A stretch of DNA of 64,000 nt from Dictyostelium discoideum (taxonomy: Eukaryota): assembly GCA_000004695.1 (NCBI GenBank), contig CM000153.2, forward strand, positions 256,001 to 320,000. The letters run 5' to 3'. A program made the translations under genes and the position numbers. Of this stretch, positions 1 to 13,910 are shown in pieces (position 1 is the stretch's first letter; each line of letters begins with the position of its first letter). Under the pieces are notes generated by a model that was given only the letters and a program-made list of their open reading frames with translations, searched no databases and was not told where the DNA came from.

Positions 1-559
1 AAATGTAAACTATTTTGAATGATATCTAATTGTGAACAGAATGAATCTGTTTCTTTTGAAACTGTTTCAATATTATTTTTATCAAAAGGTAATGAAGAAT
101 GATTGTGTTGTTGTTGTGATTGTTGTTGTTGTTGTTGTTGTGATGATTGTTGATCGGATTGATGTGATGATGGTGGTGTATGTTGTATATGAAGTTTTTT
201 TAAATTTTGTAAACATTCTTGTAAAACTTCTAAACTTTTAATTTTAGTTTCAACGGCTGTAAATTTACAACCGGTTTGTTGCCAAATCGATTTTGGTATG
301 TAGAGACGTGGTGTTAAATATGCACCACTCTTTATTGTTTTACTAAGTACTCTCATTAGCCAAAATGGTTTATATGATGGAAAAGCTGGTATTGGGTCTA
401 AAAATCCTGATGATACAATTGGTATCTCTTCAACAAATGTAAAGTTTTCTTTAGTTGATGTTGCACCACCTTGTTGACCTTGTAATAATTGTTCTAACAT
501 ATCTGCTCTATCTAAATATTGTTTTGACTTTCAAAATAAAAAAATAATTATTTAATATA

Positions 560-590
<31 letters not shown>

Positions 591-804
591 TTATTTATTT
601 TAATAAACCTACTTTTTCAATCATAGTTTTATAATGTTCATCATTTAAAGTTGATAAATCCTCTGAAGCATTCAATAGATTTGATGCTTCTCTATAATTA
701 TGAATTGCAACTGCATAATCGCCTCTATTATCTGCATTTACACCAATTCTTGCAAGTGCTAAAGCTTGTCTAACTGAATTTAATACTGTTGGATTTTCGC
801 TCAT
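1..804 (-). CDS. MIT-domain protein, 5' part; join(804..613,527..<1), runs off the window start
   Basis: ATG at 804. Exon 1 (64 aa) folds as an MIT-like three-helix bundle (ALALARIGVNADNRGDYAVAIHNYREASNLL). GTAGGT donor at 612-607 and AG acceptor at 529-528. Exon 2 continues in frame (SKQYLDRADMLEQLL...FTFVEEIPIVSSGFLDPIPAFPSYKPFWLMRVLSK...) to position 1 without a stop. Confidence 0.55.
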
Positions 805-1273
805 TTTAAAAAATGTATTATGTGTATGTTACAAGTTATTATTATTATTATTATTATTACTAATTTAATGTTTATTATTATTATTATTATCGATTATAAT
901 AAATAAATAAGTGAATGAATGAATGAATGAATGAATGAATAAATAAATAAATATAGCTTTACAATAAAAATAAAAAATTAAAAAAAAAGGAAAAGTTTGA
1001 ATAATTTTTTTTTTTCTTTTTTTTTTTTTTTCTTTTTTTAAATTATAAATAAAAAACAAATAAAACAAAATGTTAATTGATTGGTTTAGTTGTTAATTAT
1101 TTGATATTGTTATTATTATTATTAGTAATAATTATTGATAATGTTTAAAAAAAAAAAAAAAAGATTTTTTTTTTATTATTTTTTTTTTGTGGTGGGTGGA
1201 TTTTTTTTTTTTTTTTAAAGCGGTCTTAATACAAAAAAAAAAATTTATTTATGTTTAATTTATAAATATATTA

Positions 1274-1323
<50 letters not shown>

Positions 1324-1952
1324 AATTACAGATTTAGTGTTTGGTGATTTTTATTTTTATTTTTATTTAATTATTTTATTTTATTTTATTTGATTTTAAA
1401 ATTTTGGTATTAGTATTGATTACTTTATACTAATCCCTTTTTTTTTTTTTGTGTAGATAATTTTTTTTTTTTTTTTTATGATGTGATGAGTGTAAATAAT
1501 AATTATTATGATGATTAATTTTACTATAAACAAACACACAAATTAAATATTTTTATTTTATTTTATTTTTTGGATTGCGAATCCTAATATAATATACACA
1601 TTCACCAATATCAAAAAAAAATAAAAAAAATAAAAAAAAAAGGGTGCAAAAAAAAAAAAATAAAAAAAAAAAAAATCTTTTTTTTCAAAAAAAAAATAAA
1701 AAATAAAAATAAAAAAAATAAAATAAAAAAAACCAAAAAAAAAAAATAAAATGAAAAAAAAAAAAAAAACCAAAATTTTGGGTTGTTCTACAGTCATTTT
1801 AATTAAAAAACAAAAAAAAAAAAAGGAAGGAATAGATAATAAACAAATAAATAAATAAAAAAACAAATAAATAAATAAATAAATAAATAAATAAAAAAAC
1901 AAATAAATAAATAAATAAAATTTTTTTTTAAAAAAAAAAAAAAGGTAAAACC

Positions 1953-3085
1953 ATGGAGGAAGATAAATATCAACTCGTTTTACACAATGATGATTTAGAG
2001 AGGATGGTATTATATGACCCAAATAGTAAATCATTATTAGTCAGAAATTCAACAGATATGTTAAGACAAAAGAGTAAACAATTAGTACTTCAACAACAGA
2101 TTGAATCACCTTATTCTCCAATGCCATCTTTAAGATCACCATCTATACCGACAACACCTACATTAGTTGGTGGTTTAAGTAGTCAATCTCACAATAATAA
2201 TCATCCTTCAACTTTACATATAATGTGTCCATATTGTAAACGTTCATATAATAATAATAATAACAATAATATTAACAACAATATTAGTACTAATAACAAT
2301 AATATCAATAATAACAGTAGTAATAATTTAAATAATTTAAATAATAATATAAATAATATAAATAATGGTATTTTTAATAATAATAACAACAATAATAGTA
2401 ATAGTAATAATAATAATATCAGTGGTGGTAATAATAATACAATGGATATTAATGGAAATAGTATTGTTAGTGGTGTAATTGCACCATTTAATCCATCACC
2501 ATATTATCGTTCACCAATTTCAGAACCACCATTCATATCAAGAGATTATTTCTTATTACTTCAAGATTCTTCAAAGAGTGGTGTTAATAATAATAATAAT
2601 AATAATAATAATGATTCTACAACAACAAATAATAATAATAATAATAATACAACACCACCACAACAACAACAACAACAAAATAGTAGTGGATTAAATAGTG
2701 AATTTTTAAATATTGGATATTATAAAAAATTCTTTAAAGAAGATATAAAGATTGGATCAGGTGGTTTTGGATCAGTTTATCTTTGTAGACATTTAATTAA
2801 TGGTGTTGATTTAGGAGAATTTGCAGTTAAAAAAGTACCAGTTGGTGAGAATCTTCCATGGTTATTTAGAGTTTTAAGAGAGGTTAAAGCATTGGAAACC
2901 CTAACAAAACATAGAAACATTATCAATTATAAACATTCTTGGTTAGAATATGATCAACCTGCTGATTTTGGTCCAAAAGTACCTTGTTTATACATTTTAA
3001 TGGAATATGCAAATAATGGAAATCTTCAAGATTATATGGCTGAAAAAAGAGATTTAATACCTGAAAATGAAATTTGGAGTTGTAT

Positions 3086-3175
<90 letters not shown>

Positions 3176-5035
3176 TATTATTTATTATTAATATTTTACT
3201 AATCTATTATTTAATTTTATTTAGTTTTTATTGATTTGTGTCATGGTATTGGTTATTTACATCATTCAGGTATAATTCATAGAGATATTAAACCACCAAA
3301 TATTTTAATTCATCAAAGTTATGATTCAATAACAGATAGAGAAGTAACACATTTAATGATTAGTGATTTTGGTACATGTGATACTATTGGCCCATTGGAA
3401 TCATTGGCACCACCACTATATAAGAATAATATAAAGAGAACTGGTAATACGGGTACAATTGAGTATTTAGCACCTGAACTATTACAAAAGGGTGTCAATG
3501 GTGAATATAATAGTGATTATGATGAAAAATGTGATATTTGGTCATTGGGTATCCTATTGTATCAAATGGCCTATGGAACATTACCATATCGTTACTCTGG
3601 TGACCCATTCATTGATGAAGATCCAAATAGAAATTTACCATCGCTAATTGATGAGATTGCAGGTTTCTCTAACAATAGATTAATATTCCCACAAATTCCA
3701 CAACGTTCACGTGATCTAAAAGATATGATCACAATTTTATTACGTGCAAAACCTCATGAACGTCCAACCATTTCACAAATTCTCTCTACTCATTTCATTC
3801 AATCAAAAACTAAACATTATACAATAAATCCAATTCATTTACCATTTACAAAGAGAAATAAATTTAAAAATACTTCAGTACATAATACAACTGCATCAAC
3901 TATTAAATTACGTAGAAAAGGTTCAATTAGTACAACTAATTCAACAACATCATCATCATCATCAACAGCAACATCATCGTCGTTATCATCAACCACAATA
4001 GCAACAACATCATCATCAAATGCTATTAATAATACTACAGCAACAACAACTACTAATTCAAATTTGGGTAATAATAATAATAATAATACAAATGCTTTAA
4101 TTAGTAGTAGAATTAGTCCAATTAGAAAAACTCAACTTGTTGAGGAGAATTCAGAAGATTCTTCAAATGAAATTGCAAATATTAATCCAAATAGGTCATT
4201 AATTCAACCAATAGTTTTATCAGATACTGATAATGATGATATTATAATTGATGATGATGATGATGATGACGACTCAACAAATAATAATGATACAAACAAT
4301 ACTGATAATACTGATGACGAGATGAATAGTGGTGATGTTGTTGGTATTGTAAATAATAAAAAATCATCATATAGTAGATCATCATCAATTAGATCACCTT
4401 CATCTTCAAATAAATTAAGACAAAGAACCATTTCAAATAGTGGTGGTAATAATGGTATAAGGAAAGCATTACCATCTTTAGAAGCACCAAGAAGTGGTAG
4501 ATTTAAAAGAGCAGCAATAGTAATTCAAAGAGGTGTTAGATCATCAGCAGTTTATCAAGCATTCTATATGTTACAGGCTTTATTTCAAGTTTGGTTATGT
4601 TTTGATCAATGTTCGACTTGTCCAAATACTTTTCCTAGTCCGATTTTATTATATCCTTTATTATTATTATCTTTAATTCCAATTTTAGTTGTAAATAATA
4701 ATAATAATAGCAACAATATGAATAACAATAATAACAACAATAATATAAACAGTAATGGCCAATTAGCACATCTTAATGGTAGTGGTGGTGGTGGGATTAT
4801 CAATAATGGAAATAGAGATACAAAGAAAATTAATACAATAATATCAATAATTAGATTTATTTATTATTTTGTTATTTCAGTTTTATTACCAAAAGAAATT
4901 AGTTGCAAATCAACGTCACACATCATCCCAATTTTACCACCAATCGCTGATTATGTCGTTTTCCCATTATTATCACTTTTCAAGAATCTTACTCTATTAA
5001 TTATAAATTTGATTTTCATATTTTATAGAGATTAA
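1953..5035 (+). CDS. Ser/Thr protein kinase with a long N-terminal N-rich region (possibly IKS-type); join(1953..3081,3225..5035)
   Basis: Kinase subdomains are present: GSGGFGSVY, AVKK, HRDIKPPNIL after splicing, DFG, TIEYLAPE, DIWSLG. The intron runs 3082-3224 (GTATGT...TTTAG) and consists of a (TAT)n microsatellite. Splicing gives EIWS-FFIDLCHGIGYLHHSGIIHRDIKPPNILI. The C-terminal roughly 150 codons (from about 4590) are hydrophobic and low-complexity and may not be genuine coding sequence. Confidence 0.7.
3088..3170. repeat. (TAT)n microsatellite, about 27 units, inside the kinase intron
   Basis: Perfect TAT repeats seen directly in the sequence. Confidence 0.95.
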
Positions 5036-5128
5036 ATTCAAAAAATAATAATAATAATAAAAATATAAATATAAATAATAATAAAGGAATGGTTTTTTTT
5101 TTTTTTTTTTTTCTTTCTTCAATATAAA

Positions 5129-5173
<45 letters not shown>

Positions 5174-5194
5174 TATTATTATTATTAAAGTTAT

Positions 5195-5708
5195 TTAAAA
5201 TATATCATTTCTTGTTTTAAAAGGAGTTTGATTAAATCTATTTATTGATGGTGAGAAACTGTAAACATCAGGTTGTAAAAAGTTTTTAAATGCTGCTGGT
5301 GTTTGACCTTTGGGTAATGGAGTTTTCTCCATTAGTCTTAACATATCTTTATCTTCTTCTGATAATACACGAGAATCATCATCGTCATCGTCAAATACAT
5401 CATCTTTTGAATTGTGATTTATTGGTTTAGTATTTTGAATTATCGGTTTAGGTTTAACATTTTTAGGATTATTATTGTTAAAATTATTGGATTGTTGTTG
5501 TTGTTGTTGTTGGTGTTGTTGTTGTGGAGAATCTTCGTTGTGAATATATTGATAAAATTCTTGATTTTGTTTTTCTTGTTCATTTTGTTGTTCTTGTTGT
5601 TGTTGTTGTTCTTGATGTTTATTATTATTTTGAGGTTGTTGTCTATTTTGTGTAGGTTGATAGAGTTTAGGTTGTGGTGGATTATTGTTGTTTGGGTGTA
5701 TATAGAAA

Positions 5709-5759
<51 letters not shown>

Positions 5760-6122
5760 GGTTGATTAAAATGATGATTTTGAGGTCTTTTTGAAATGAA
5801 TTTATTATTTGAAGGATATGCTCTGAATATTGGTTGATTTGAATTTATATCGAATGGAATATGATTAATATTATGATTGCTATCAATTTGTCTAGAAAGA
5901 TCAGATATTTTATTTTCAATCAATTGTATTTTATTATAAACTACAGAGGGTTGATTTTTACCACTATTATAATAAAACTTTCTTTCATTTGTATCATTTG
6001 TAAATTTCTTTTGTAAAACTGTAGTGGTAACCTTTTTATTATTATTTCCAATATTTCCAATATTTCCAATATTTCCATTATTACCCTTTTCACTATTTTC
6101 ATTATTTAAATAATTTTCATTG

Positions 6123-6207
<85 letters not shown>

Positions 6208-7057
6208 CCTCACTATTATCTCTAAAAGTAACAGTTTTCTTTATGCATGATGGATTGCTTGAATTATTATTATTTTTTGGTGGTGGAGGTGGTGTAATAT
6301 ATACATTTTTTGGGAAATTACTATTATTATTATTGTTATTGTTATTGTTATTATTATTATAATTTGTAATACCATTTTGAGTTTTAATCATAAAATTTGT
6401 ATTTGTTAAATCATTATTAATATCACAATCAAAAAATAATGGCCAACTAGTTGATAATGTATTATTACGATTAGAAGTGAAACTAGTTGAACGAGCATTA
6501 CTGTTATTAGTTTTAGTTAATTGATTAAAATCTAAAGAATTATATTCCAATTTCTTTGGGGTATCAATAACTATTGGAACTTGATTATCTGTATAAATGA
6601 TTTGAGTTGGTGCAGATGGTATATCACCTTGACCATGTAATGATATTTGTTGAATACCTTCATCTTCTGATGCAATTGATAATAGTGCTGTAAAATTACC
6701 TGGATGTAATGGTGTAAATGATATACTACTTTCAAAATCCATATTTGGTGGTATACTAATTGGAAATCTATTACTACTATTACTATTACTATTACTATTA
6801 TTACTATTACTATTATTATTGTTGGTGGAAACAATTGAAAATATTGGTTCTTGATAATATTGTTGTTGTTGTTGTTGTTTCATTGTATCATTCATTAAAA
6901 TAATTGGTTTAATTGATTGCTGTAAATATAAATCTGTAACTACAAATGGTGTTGAATTTGTATTTGCCACTTTATTTATTTATTTTTAAATTCAAGAAAG
7001 TAATTGGAAATTAAAAAAAATTAAAAAAAAATTAATTAATATTATGATGATGGTAGA

Positions 7058-7089
<32 letters not shown>

Positions 7090-7277
7090 AAACATGTAAA
7101 TTTTACAATTCTTTTTTTACCAACATTAATTCTATCAAAATCAATTCCACCAATCATCACAATGCCAGCATGTGATGATCTTAATAAATATTGATTATTA
7201 TTAAAGTTTTCATTTGAAATTATTTGTAGTTGTTGTTGTTGTTTAATTTGATTTTGTTTCTGTATATTTGAAATCAT
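5195..7277 (-). CDS. N/Q-rich protein of unknown function with a possible Ig-like beta-sandwich segment; join(7277..7094,6969..5195)
   Basis: The ORF at 5195-6970 has no ATG (its first codon is GTG). An upstream exon has its ATG at 7277 and a GTTTGT donor at 7093. An AAATAAAG acceptor at 6970 joins in frame (KRIVKFT-L-ANTNSTPFVV). Contains poly-N and poly-Q tracts and an acidic C-terminus. Confidence 0.55.
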
Positions 7278-7649
7278 AATAAATTTATGTAATTTTCAAT
7301 GGATTCATATATATGGTTTTCATTAAATTGAAATACCAAAAAAAAAAAAAAAAATTAAAAAAATTAAAAAAAAAATAAAAATTTAATTTTGTGAAAATTT
7401 TTTAAAAAAAGGAGGGAAAAATTTCAAAAGATTATAAAAAAAAAAAAAATAATATATTTTGGTATAAGGTGGGAAAATAATAAAAAAATATAAATAAATA
7501 ATAAATAATAAACAATAAAATAAATAAATAAAAATAGTAATATTCACAGAAAATTAACAGTTTCGTTTTATCGTTTTTTAAAAAAAAAAAAAAATCTCAT
7601 AAACTTCCCAAAATTTCAACACAAATATGAAAACATTAATTTTAGTTTT

Positions 7650-7695
<46 letters not shown>

Positions 7696-7706
7696 AAAAA
7701 AAAAAA

Positions 7707-8369
7707 ATGTCCACAACAACAACATCTACATCATCATCAACACCAACAACATCAGTAAAACAAAAATTTAAATATTTAATAGTTTTAGATTTTGAAGCAA
7801 CATGTGAAAAAGATGTTAAATTTCCAAATCAAGAGATTATAGAATTTCCAAGTGTTATAATTAATACAGAGACATTAGAAACGGTTTCAACATTTAGAGA
7901 ATACGTTAAACCAATAATTAATCCAAACTTAAGTAAATTCTGTACAGAATTAACAGGTATTAAACAAGAAACTGTTGAAAATGCAGCTTTATTTCCAGAC
8001 GTTTTAAAAAGTCATTGCGATTGGTTCTTTGAAAGTTTACCAAAAGATATTCAATCTGATGAATACTGTTTTGTTTGTTGTGGTGATTGGGATCTTTTAC
8101 AATGTTTACCAAAACAATTAAAACTTTGTAATAATTTATCAAAACCATCATACCTATCAAAATGGATCAACATAAAAAAACAATACACTCTTTTCTATAA
8201 CCGACCTTCCTTCGGTATGACAAACATGTTAAGAGAATTAAATATTCCATTAGAAGGTAGACATCATTGTGGTCTCTCTGATTCCTTAAATATTTCTAAA
8301 ATTTTAAAAAGAATGATTGAAGAAGGTTGTAATTTTGATTTAGTTTCAACAATGAAATCAGTAAAATAA
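7707..8369 (+). CDS. ERI1 / 3'hExo-type DEDDh 3'-5' exoribonuclease, single exon, 220 aa
   Basis: Motifs YLIVLDFEATCE, EIIEFPSVIIN, CCGDWDL and GRHHCGLSDSLNISKI match the ERI1 family exonuclease domain. Confidence 0.85.
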   Translation: MSTTTTSTSSSTPTTSVKQKFKYLIVLDFEATCEKDVKFPNQEIIEFPSVIINTETLETVSTFREYVKPIINPNLSKFCTELTGIKQETVENAALFPDVLKSHCDWFFESLPKDIQSDEYCFVCCGDWDLLQCLPKQLKLCNNLSKPSYLSKWINIKKQYTLFYNRPSFGMTNMLRELNIPLEGRHHCGLSDSLNISKILKRMIEEGCNFDLVSTMKSVK

Positions 8370-8435
8370 CACAAAATAAAACAAACAAACAAAACAAAAC
8401 AAATTAAATTAAATTATTATATTTTATTATTTTTT

Positions 8436-10040
8436 TTAAACTTTTTTAGTTTTTCTTTTTGTAACTTTTGAAGATGATGTTGATTCTTCCTCTTTTTCTT
8501 TTTCTTCTTCTTCTTCTTCTTGTTTTTCCTCCTCTCTCTCCTCAACCTTTTCTTTAATTTCTTTTTTATCTTGTTGTTGTACTTCTTCAGCTTCTTCAGA
8601 ACCATAATGTGATCTCTTTTTATCAACTGGATAAATCCATCTTTGATAGAGATAAACTATAAAGATAATATCATCACGAAGACAACTTAAACGATGAAGT
8701 AATGGCATTTTAATGATGAAAGCAAATAGATCATCTATAAAGGTATTCAAAGCACGATACATGAATACTCTCCAAGGTAAATGTGAAACTGATTTTAATT
8801 TATAATTGATGAATAATTGTGGTGTCATCATAATGAATTCAAAAGTGTAAACGGTACGTACTAAACTTGAAACTACCCAAGAATACCAACTCTTATGCTC
8901 GTGATAGTATAATGAGTAAATGGAAGTACCAATAACCAATGGGAATAGTAACCATGATAAATACTTCATTGCCATATCATCATATTGTTTAGTTTTTGAC
9001 ATGTATTCATCCTTATTAATGAATTCAATACGTTTTGGTAATGGTAAACTTGTCATCCATGTAATTTTAATTGTCATTGCTTTACCTAATTTCCAAAATT
9101 CAACTAAAAATCCAAATCCACTACTTGCTAAAATCATATAACTAGTTTCATTATCTAATAAATATAAAAATATAATACCCATGCAAACACAATTTAATGT
9201 AATAGTTTTAACTGATAAACCTTCCATTGATTTATTATTTTTCCAAAATTGAATATCTAGTAATAATAAAATAAAAAATAAATAAAATAAAAAAAATTAA
9301 TAATTTATTTATAACTATTTATAATTATTTATAATTATTTATAATTATTTATAATTTACCATTTTTAAAAGCTAAAAATTCAAAAATTGTATGTAAAACT
9401 GATACAATTAAAGTTAAACCTAAAATCCAAGGATCATTATCAGTTAACATTCTTTTGAATTCATCACCAACGCTAGCACCACCCATTGCAGAATTACCAC
9501 CACCACCAAATGATTCTTGCATATCTAATGATTTTTGCATTTGAATTTGTAATTGCCATTTAAATAAACCCATTGATGAATAGTTAATTTCAATACTTAA
9601 TTGTTTAACTGTTTCATTAACTGGTTTTAAATGTTCTCTATATAACCAAAATTCATTACAATAAATAATTGGCGAATAAAATCCATTTGTTATATTAAAA
9701 TCTAAAAAAAAAAAAAAAAAAAAAAAGGGGGTATTAATAAATATATATATATTTATATTTTAATAATAATAATAATATATTTTTTTATGAAATATTCTTA
9801 CAAGATACTATTTCTTTTGGAATTGAATCAGGTGGATAAATTGTATGATCAACAATAAGATGTAATGATAAAGTTGGTTTCCAATATGAAATTAATTCAG
9901 TTGGATCATATTCGACTTCTGGTTCATCTTTTGATTTTTCTTCTAATAAATTTTTACCCTTTGGTTTTGGTTTTGGTAAATAAACAATTAATGCTATTTA
10001 AATAATATATAAAATAGAATTAAAAATTAATAATTAATTA

Positions 10041-10097
<57 letters not shown>

Positions 10098-10640
10098 CAA
10101 TAAATTAATAATAATAATAAATAATAATAACTTACGATGAACTTTATGTAATTGTGATTTTGGTTGATTTAAATAAGCACGTCTTGAAGTTATAATGTGA
10201 GCGAATAATGAGCCATTATTTTGTAAATAAGGTGTTGTATCAAATGTAATGTTTTTAGTTGGAATTGTGTTACTATCTTTCCAATCATAAGATAATTTAT
10301 CTTGTTCCCAAACTAACCAATCTCCAACAGTTTCATTTGAAGTTGATAGATAAACTTTCATATTAAATTCAATACCTTCTGGCCATGAATTTGCTAATCT
10401 AACTGAATTTGATGGTATTGATGTATTTGTAGTACCATTATTATTATTTAAAACAACACCTCCATTATTATTATTATTACCTGTACCTAAAAATTTGGAA
10501 AAAGCAAAACTTGCAATATAATAAATTGCCATAAATCTAATTAATGTTGAAATAATTCCCATTATACCACCTTGTTGTTGTTGTTGTTGAGCTTGTGGTC
10601 TTTGGCCATTTGCTGCAACAGCTCCGCCTTGATTATTCAT
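8436..10640 (-). CDS. CLPTM1 (cleft lip and palate transmembrane protein 1) homologue; join(10640..10136,9993..9802,9701..9360,9256..8436)
   Basis: Four exons with GTAAGT/GTAAGA/GTAAAT donors and AG acceptors. All phases are consistent. Encoded segments align with CLPTM1: FNMKVYLS..., DIQFWKNNKSMEGLSVKT, YDDMAMKYLSWLLFP, MTPQLFINYKLKSVSHLPWR, TFIDDLFAFIIKMP, LYQRWIYPVDKKR. Acidic C-terminal tail. Confidence 0.85.
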
Positions 10641-11047
10641 TTTTGTGTGTATTATGAGTTCACTTTTCGTTTTGGCGATAAAATATGAAATTAAAAAAAA
10701 AAAAAAATAAAAAAAATAAAAAAAGTAAAAAAAAAAAAAAAATTAAAAATTAAAAAAATAAAATAAAATAAAAATAAATTAAAAAAACGAATTTAGATCT
10801 TTTAAGCAATGATTTTCTATTTTTAGTTAAAAATTATTATTGAACCTTTACTATTAAAATTCTAATATAAAATATATATATTTTGGAGACAGGCATGAAT
10901 ATAAGAAGATTTATGAATATATGTATATAAGGTATACTAATATAGTACCCAATTTTATTTATTAATTATTGCTTTTATTTGATGTTGTATTTTTCTTTTT
11001 CTTTTTTTTTTTTTTTTTTTTTTTTTTTGATTTATAAACTTTCCTAT

Positions 11048-12356
11048 TTAAATATTTAAAGAGAATGATCTATCATTACTACTGTATGTTGTATCTGTAT
11101 TTGAACTAAAACTATTTAAATTATTATTATTATTATTGTTATTGCTATTATTATTATTAATAGGATTATCAAAACCAGCACCAATACTATTTTCTAAAAG
11201 TGATTCTCTTTCTTTTCTTCTTTTAATATTATTTCTTTCAGTTTCAGTTTGATCTCTTCCATTATTAGTTGGACTTTTTGAACCCATGAAAAACATTAAT
11301 GCAGATGTTACTGCAATTGCTTCAGGTAAATAATTTAATGCATATAAATCCCATATACTCGATTGAAATGGTTTATCTAAATTAATTATATAATGTGCAA
11401 TCTTTACATCCAAACAAACTATAAAAATAAATGATAAAACTCCAAACTAAATTAATAAATATAAAATTTGTGTTAGTAATAAAATCATTATTAATTTATT
11501 TAATTTAATTTATTTAATTTATTTTTATAATAATTTATATAATTACTTTTCCTAAAAATCTAACTCTATTTGTATGTAAATTATTTGGAATTGACATAAT
11601 CATACGATGTAATCTAATCCAATATACCAAGAAAGCAATTGATAAACAAAATGAGAATGCTGAAATTGATATTAAACCATAACCAAATACATCCTCTGCA
11701 ACATCCATATCACTTTTAGTATAACATGCACTAACTATGAAAATTACTAATATGAATACTGCCGTAAAGATACAAAATAAATTTCTCCATCTCTTTATAA
11801 TATGTTGACCATGTCCTAAATTATGTACTAAATGTATTACCTCTATCCATGAGAACAATACAATATCATACATACAATAATAAGTTATCATTGATATCAT
11901 CTCTGCAAAATCAAATATTGTAACTGATAAATTTGTCGCATTCTCTAAACAAACAATAAATATTATATTTGAAACTATTTTTGCTATATAATATAATATA
12001 ATATAATTTAATTTATTTATTTATTTATTTAAATATGTTAATAAAATTAAAAGTGATTTAATTATTTAAATAATAATAATTTTATTTTTTTTTTTTTATT
12101 TTTTTTTTTAAAAATATTAATTTATTTTTTTTTTTAATTTTTCTAATAATTATTACTTACCAAATGAGTGAACTAAAATTATAATAAATACAGTATATCC
12201 TAAATTTGTATAGGATTTTTTATTTCTAACTAAATGAAAACATACTAAAAATAACATTGAATGCCAAATTGAAAACAATGTTTGAAATACTAATTGTATA
12301 CTTTTTGAAAGACCAGTTCCATCTCCAAAATAAATAAGGCTTATTACCTCAAACAT
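11048..12356 (-). CDS. Seven-pass transmembrane protein, possibly TOM1/THH1 (DUF1084)-like; join(12356..12161,11944..11547,11446..11048)
   Basis: Three exons: GTAAGT donor at 12160, GTTTAG acceptor at 11945, GTAATT donor at 11546, TTAATTTAG acceptor at 11447. Seven hydrophobic segments. The last three resemble the TOM1 family (VFGYGLISISAFSFCLSIAFLVYWIRLHR; LDKPFQSSIWDLYALNYLPEAIAVTSALMFF). The start ATG at 12356 is the first in frame; an additional 5' exon is not excluded. Confidence 0.5.
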
Positions 12357-12413
12357 ATTTAAGAGATATAATTTTTTTTTTTTTTTTTTTTTTAATTTTT
12401 TTATTATTATAGG

Positions 12414-12448
<35 letters not shown>

Positions 12449-12542
12449 AAACGTAAATCAAATTTTAATAAAAAAACAAACGTTGAAATTTTATATTATA
12501 TTTGTTTGATTAATTTTTTGTTTTTTTTTTTACTCGAGTAAC

Positions 12543-12579
<37 letters not shown>

Positions 12580-12954
12580 TTTAATTCGATTATTTTTTGT
12601 GTGTGGGTTATTATCTTCTTTTTTTTTTTTTTTTTTCTTTTTCTTTTTCTTTTTCAACAAAATTATTCTATAATTTTTTTTGATTAAACAAAAGTTCCTT
12701 TTATTTTTAAAATTGATTCGAATCTGATTAAATTTCTTTTTTTTTTTTTTTTTTTTTTTTATTTTTTTTATTTTTGCGCAAAAATTTAGAAAATAAAAAA
12801 AAAAAAAATAAAAAATAAATAAAAAATTAAAAAAAAAAAAAAATAAATAACAAAAAATTGAGATAATTTTTTTTTTTTTCATGTATCCAAAAAGTGTAAA
12901 TATAGATCCCCCAATACCAAAATTAAAAACAATTTTATTTTAATTATTTTTTTA

Positions 12955-12986
<32 letters not shown>

Positions 12987-13714
12987 GTCGGTAACACACA
13001 CAACTTAAATGAAATCATAAAATAAAGATCATTTGAATTTTATTTTATTTTTTGATGATCTACCCTCCTTATTTTTTCACATAAACTTAATAATTATTTA
13101 TAGTTTTTTTTTTTTTTAAAAAAAAAATAATTTAATTTAATTATTAATAACTCCCATAACCAAAAGTAAATTTTTTATTCCAATTTTTTATTATAATTAT
13201 TTCATTATTATTTTTTTTTTTTTTTAATATATATTTTAAAGATTTTTTTTTTTTTTTTTTATGTTGGAAATAAAAATAGTGAGCTGGAATTATTTTTAAA
13301 AAAATCTAAAAAAATAAAATATCTTTTATTGGAAAATTCCCACCACCAAAATTACCATTCCATTAACTTTTATTAGTTAAATCCTAATAAAAAAAAAATT
13401 ATAATTTCTTATGCCAAAAAGAAATCAAATAAAATTTAAATTGTTTAATTAATAATCCAGGAGGGGAGGGTATTTTATTTTTAGAAATTAAAAATAAAAA
13501 AATAAAAAAATAAAAAATATTTATAAATAAAAAAAAAATAAAAACAAATATTTTAAAATATAATTTATTTTAGAAAGTCCAAATAAAAAATGAACCTTTT
13601 TTTTTTTTTTTTTTTTTTTAAAAAAAATAAAATAATTCATAAATATAAATGTTATTGATATTTATGTTGATTATTATTTTATCTTTTTTCCTTTTTTTTC
13701 TTTTTTTTTTTTTC

Positions 13715-13790
<76 letters not shown>

Positions 13791-13842
13791 GTTTTTAACT
13801 TTTTTTTTTATGTATAGGAAAATACATATAGTTTTAATTTTT

Positions 13843-13873
<31 letters not shown>

Positions 13874-13910
13874 CAAAATTTTTTTTTTTATTACTATTTT
13901 TTTTTAATAC

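Noticed and set aside
5414-6362. Plus-strand ORFs (126 aa and 80 aa) rich in L
   Set aside because: Antisense read-through of the poly-Q (CAA)n and poly-N (AAT)n tracts of the minus-strand gene at 5195-6969.
8417-8626. K/R-rich 69-aa ORF on the minus strand
   Set aside because: Alternative frame of the acidic GAA/GAG-rich C-terminal tail of the CLPTM1 gene; not independent.
12496-12882. ORF of 128 aa rich in K and F on the minus strand
   Set aside because: Translation of A- and T-homopolymer tracts in the intergenic region upstream of the 7TM gene.
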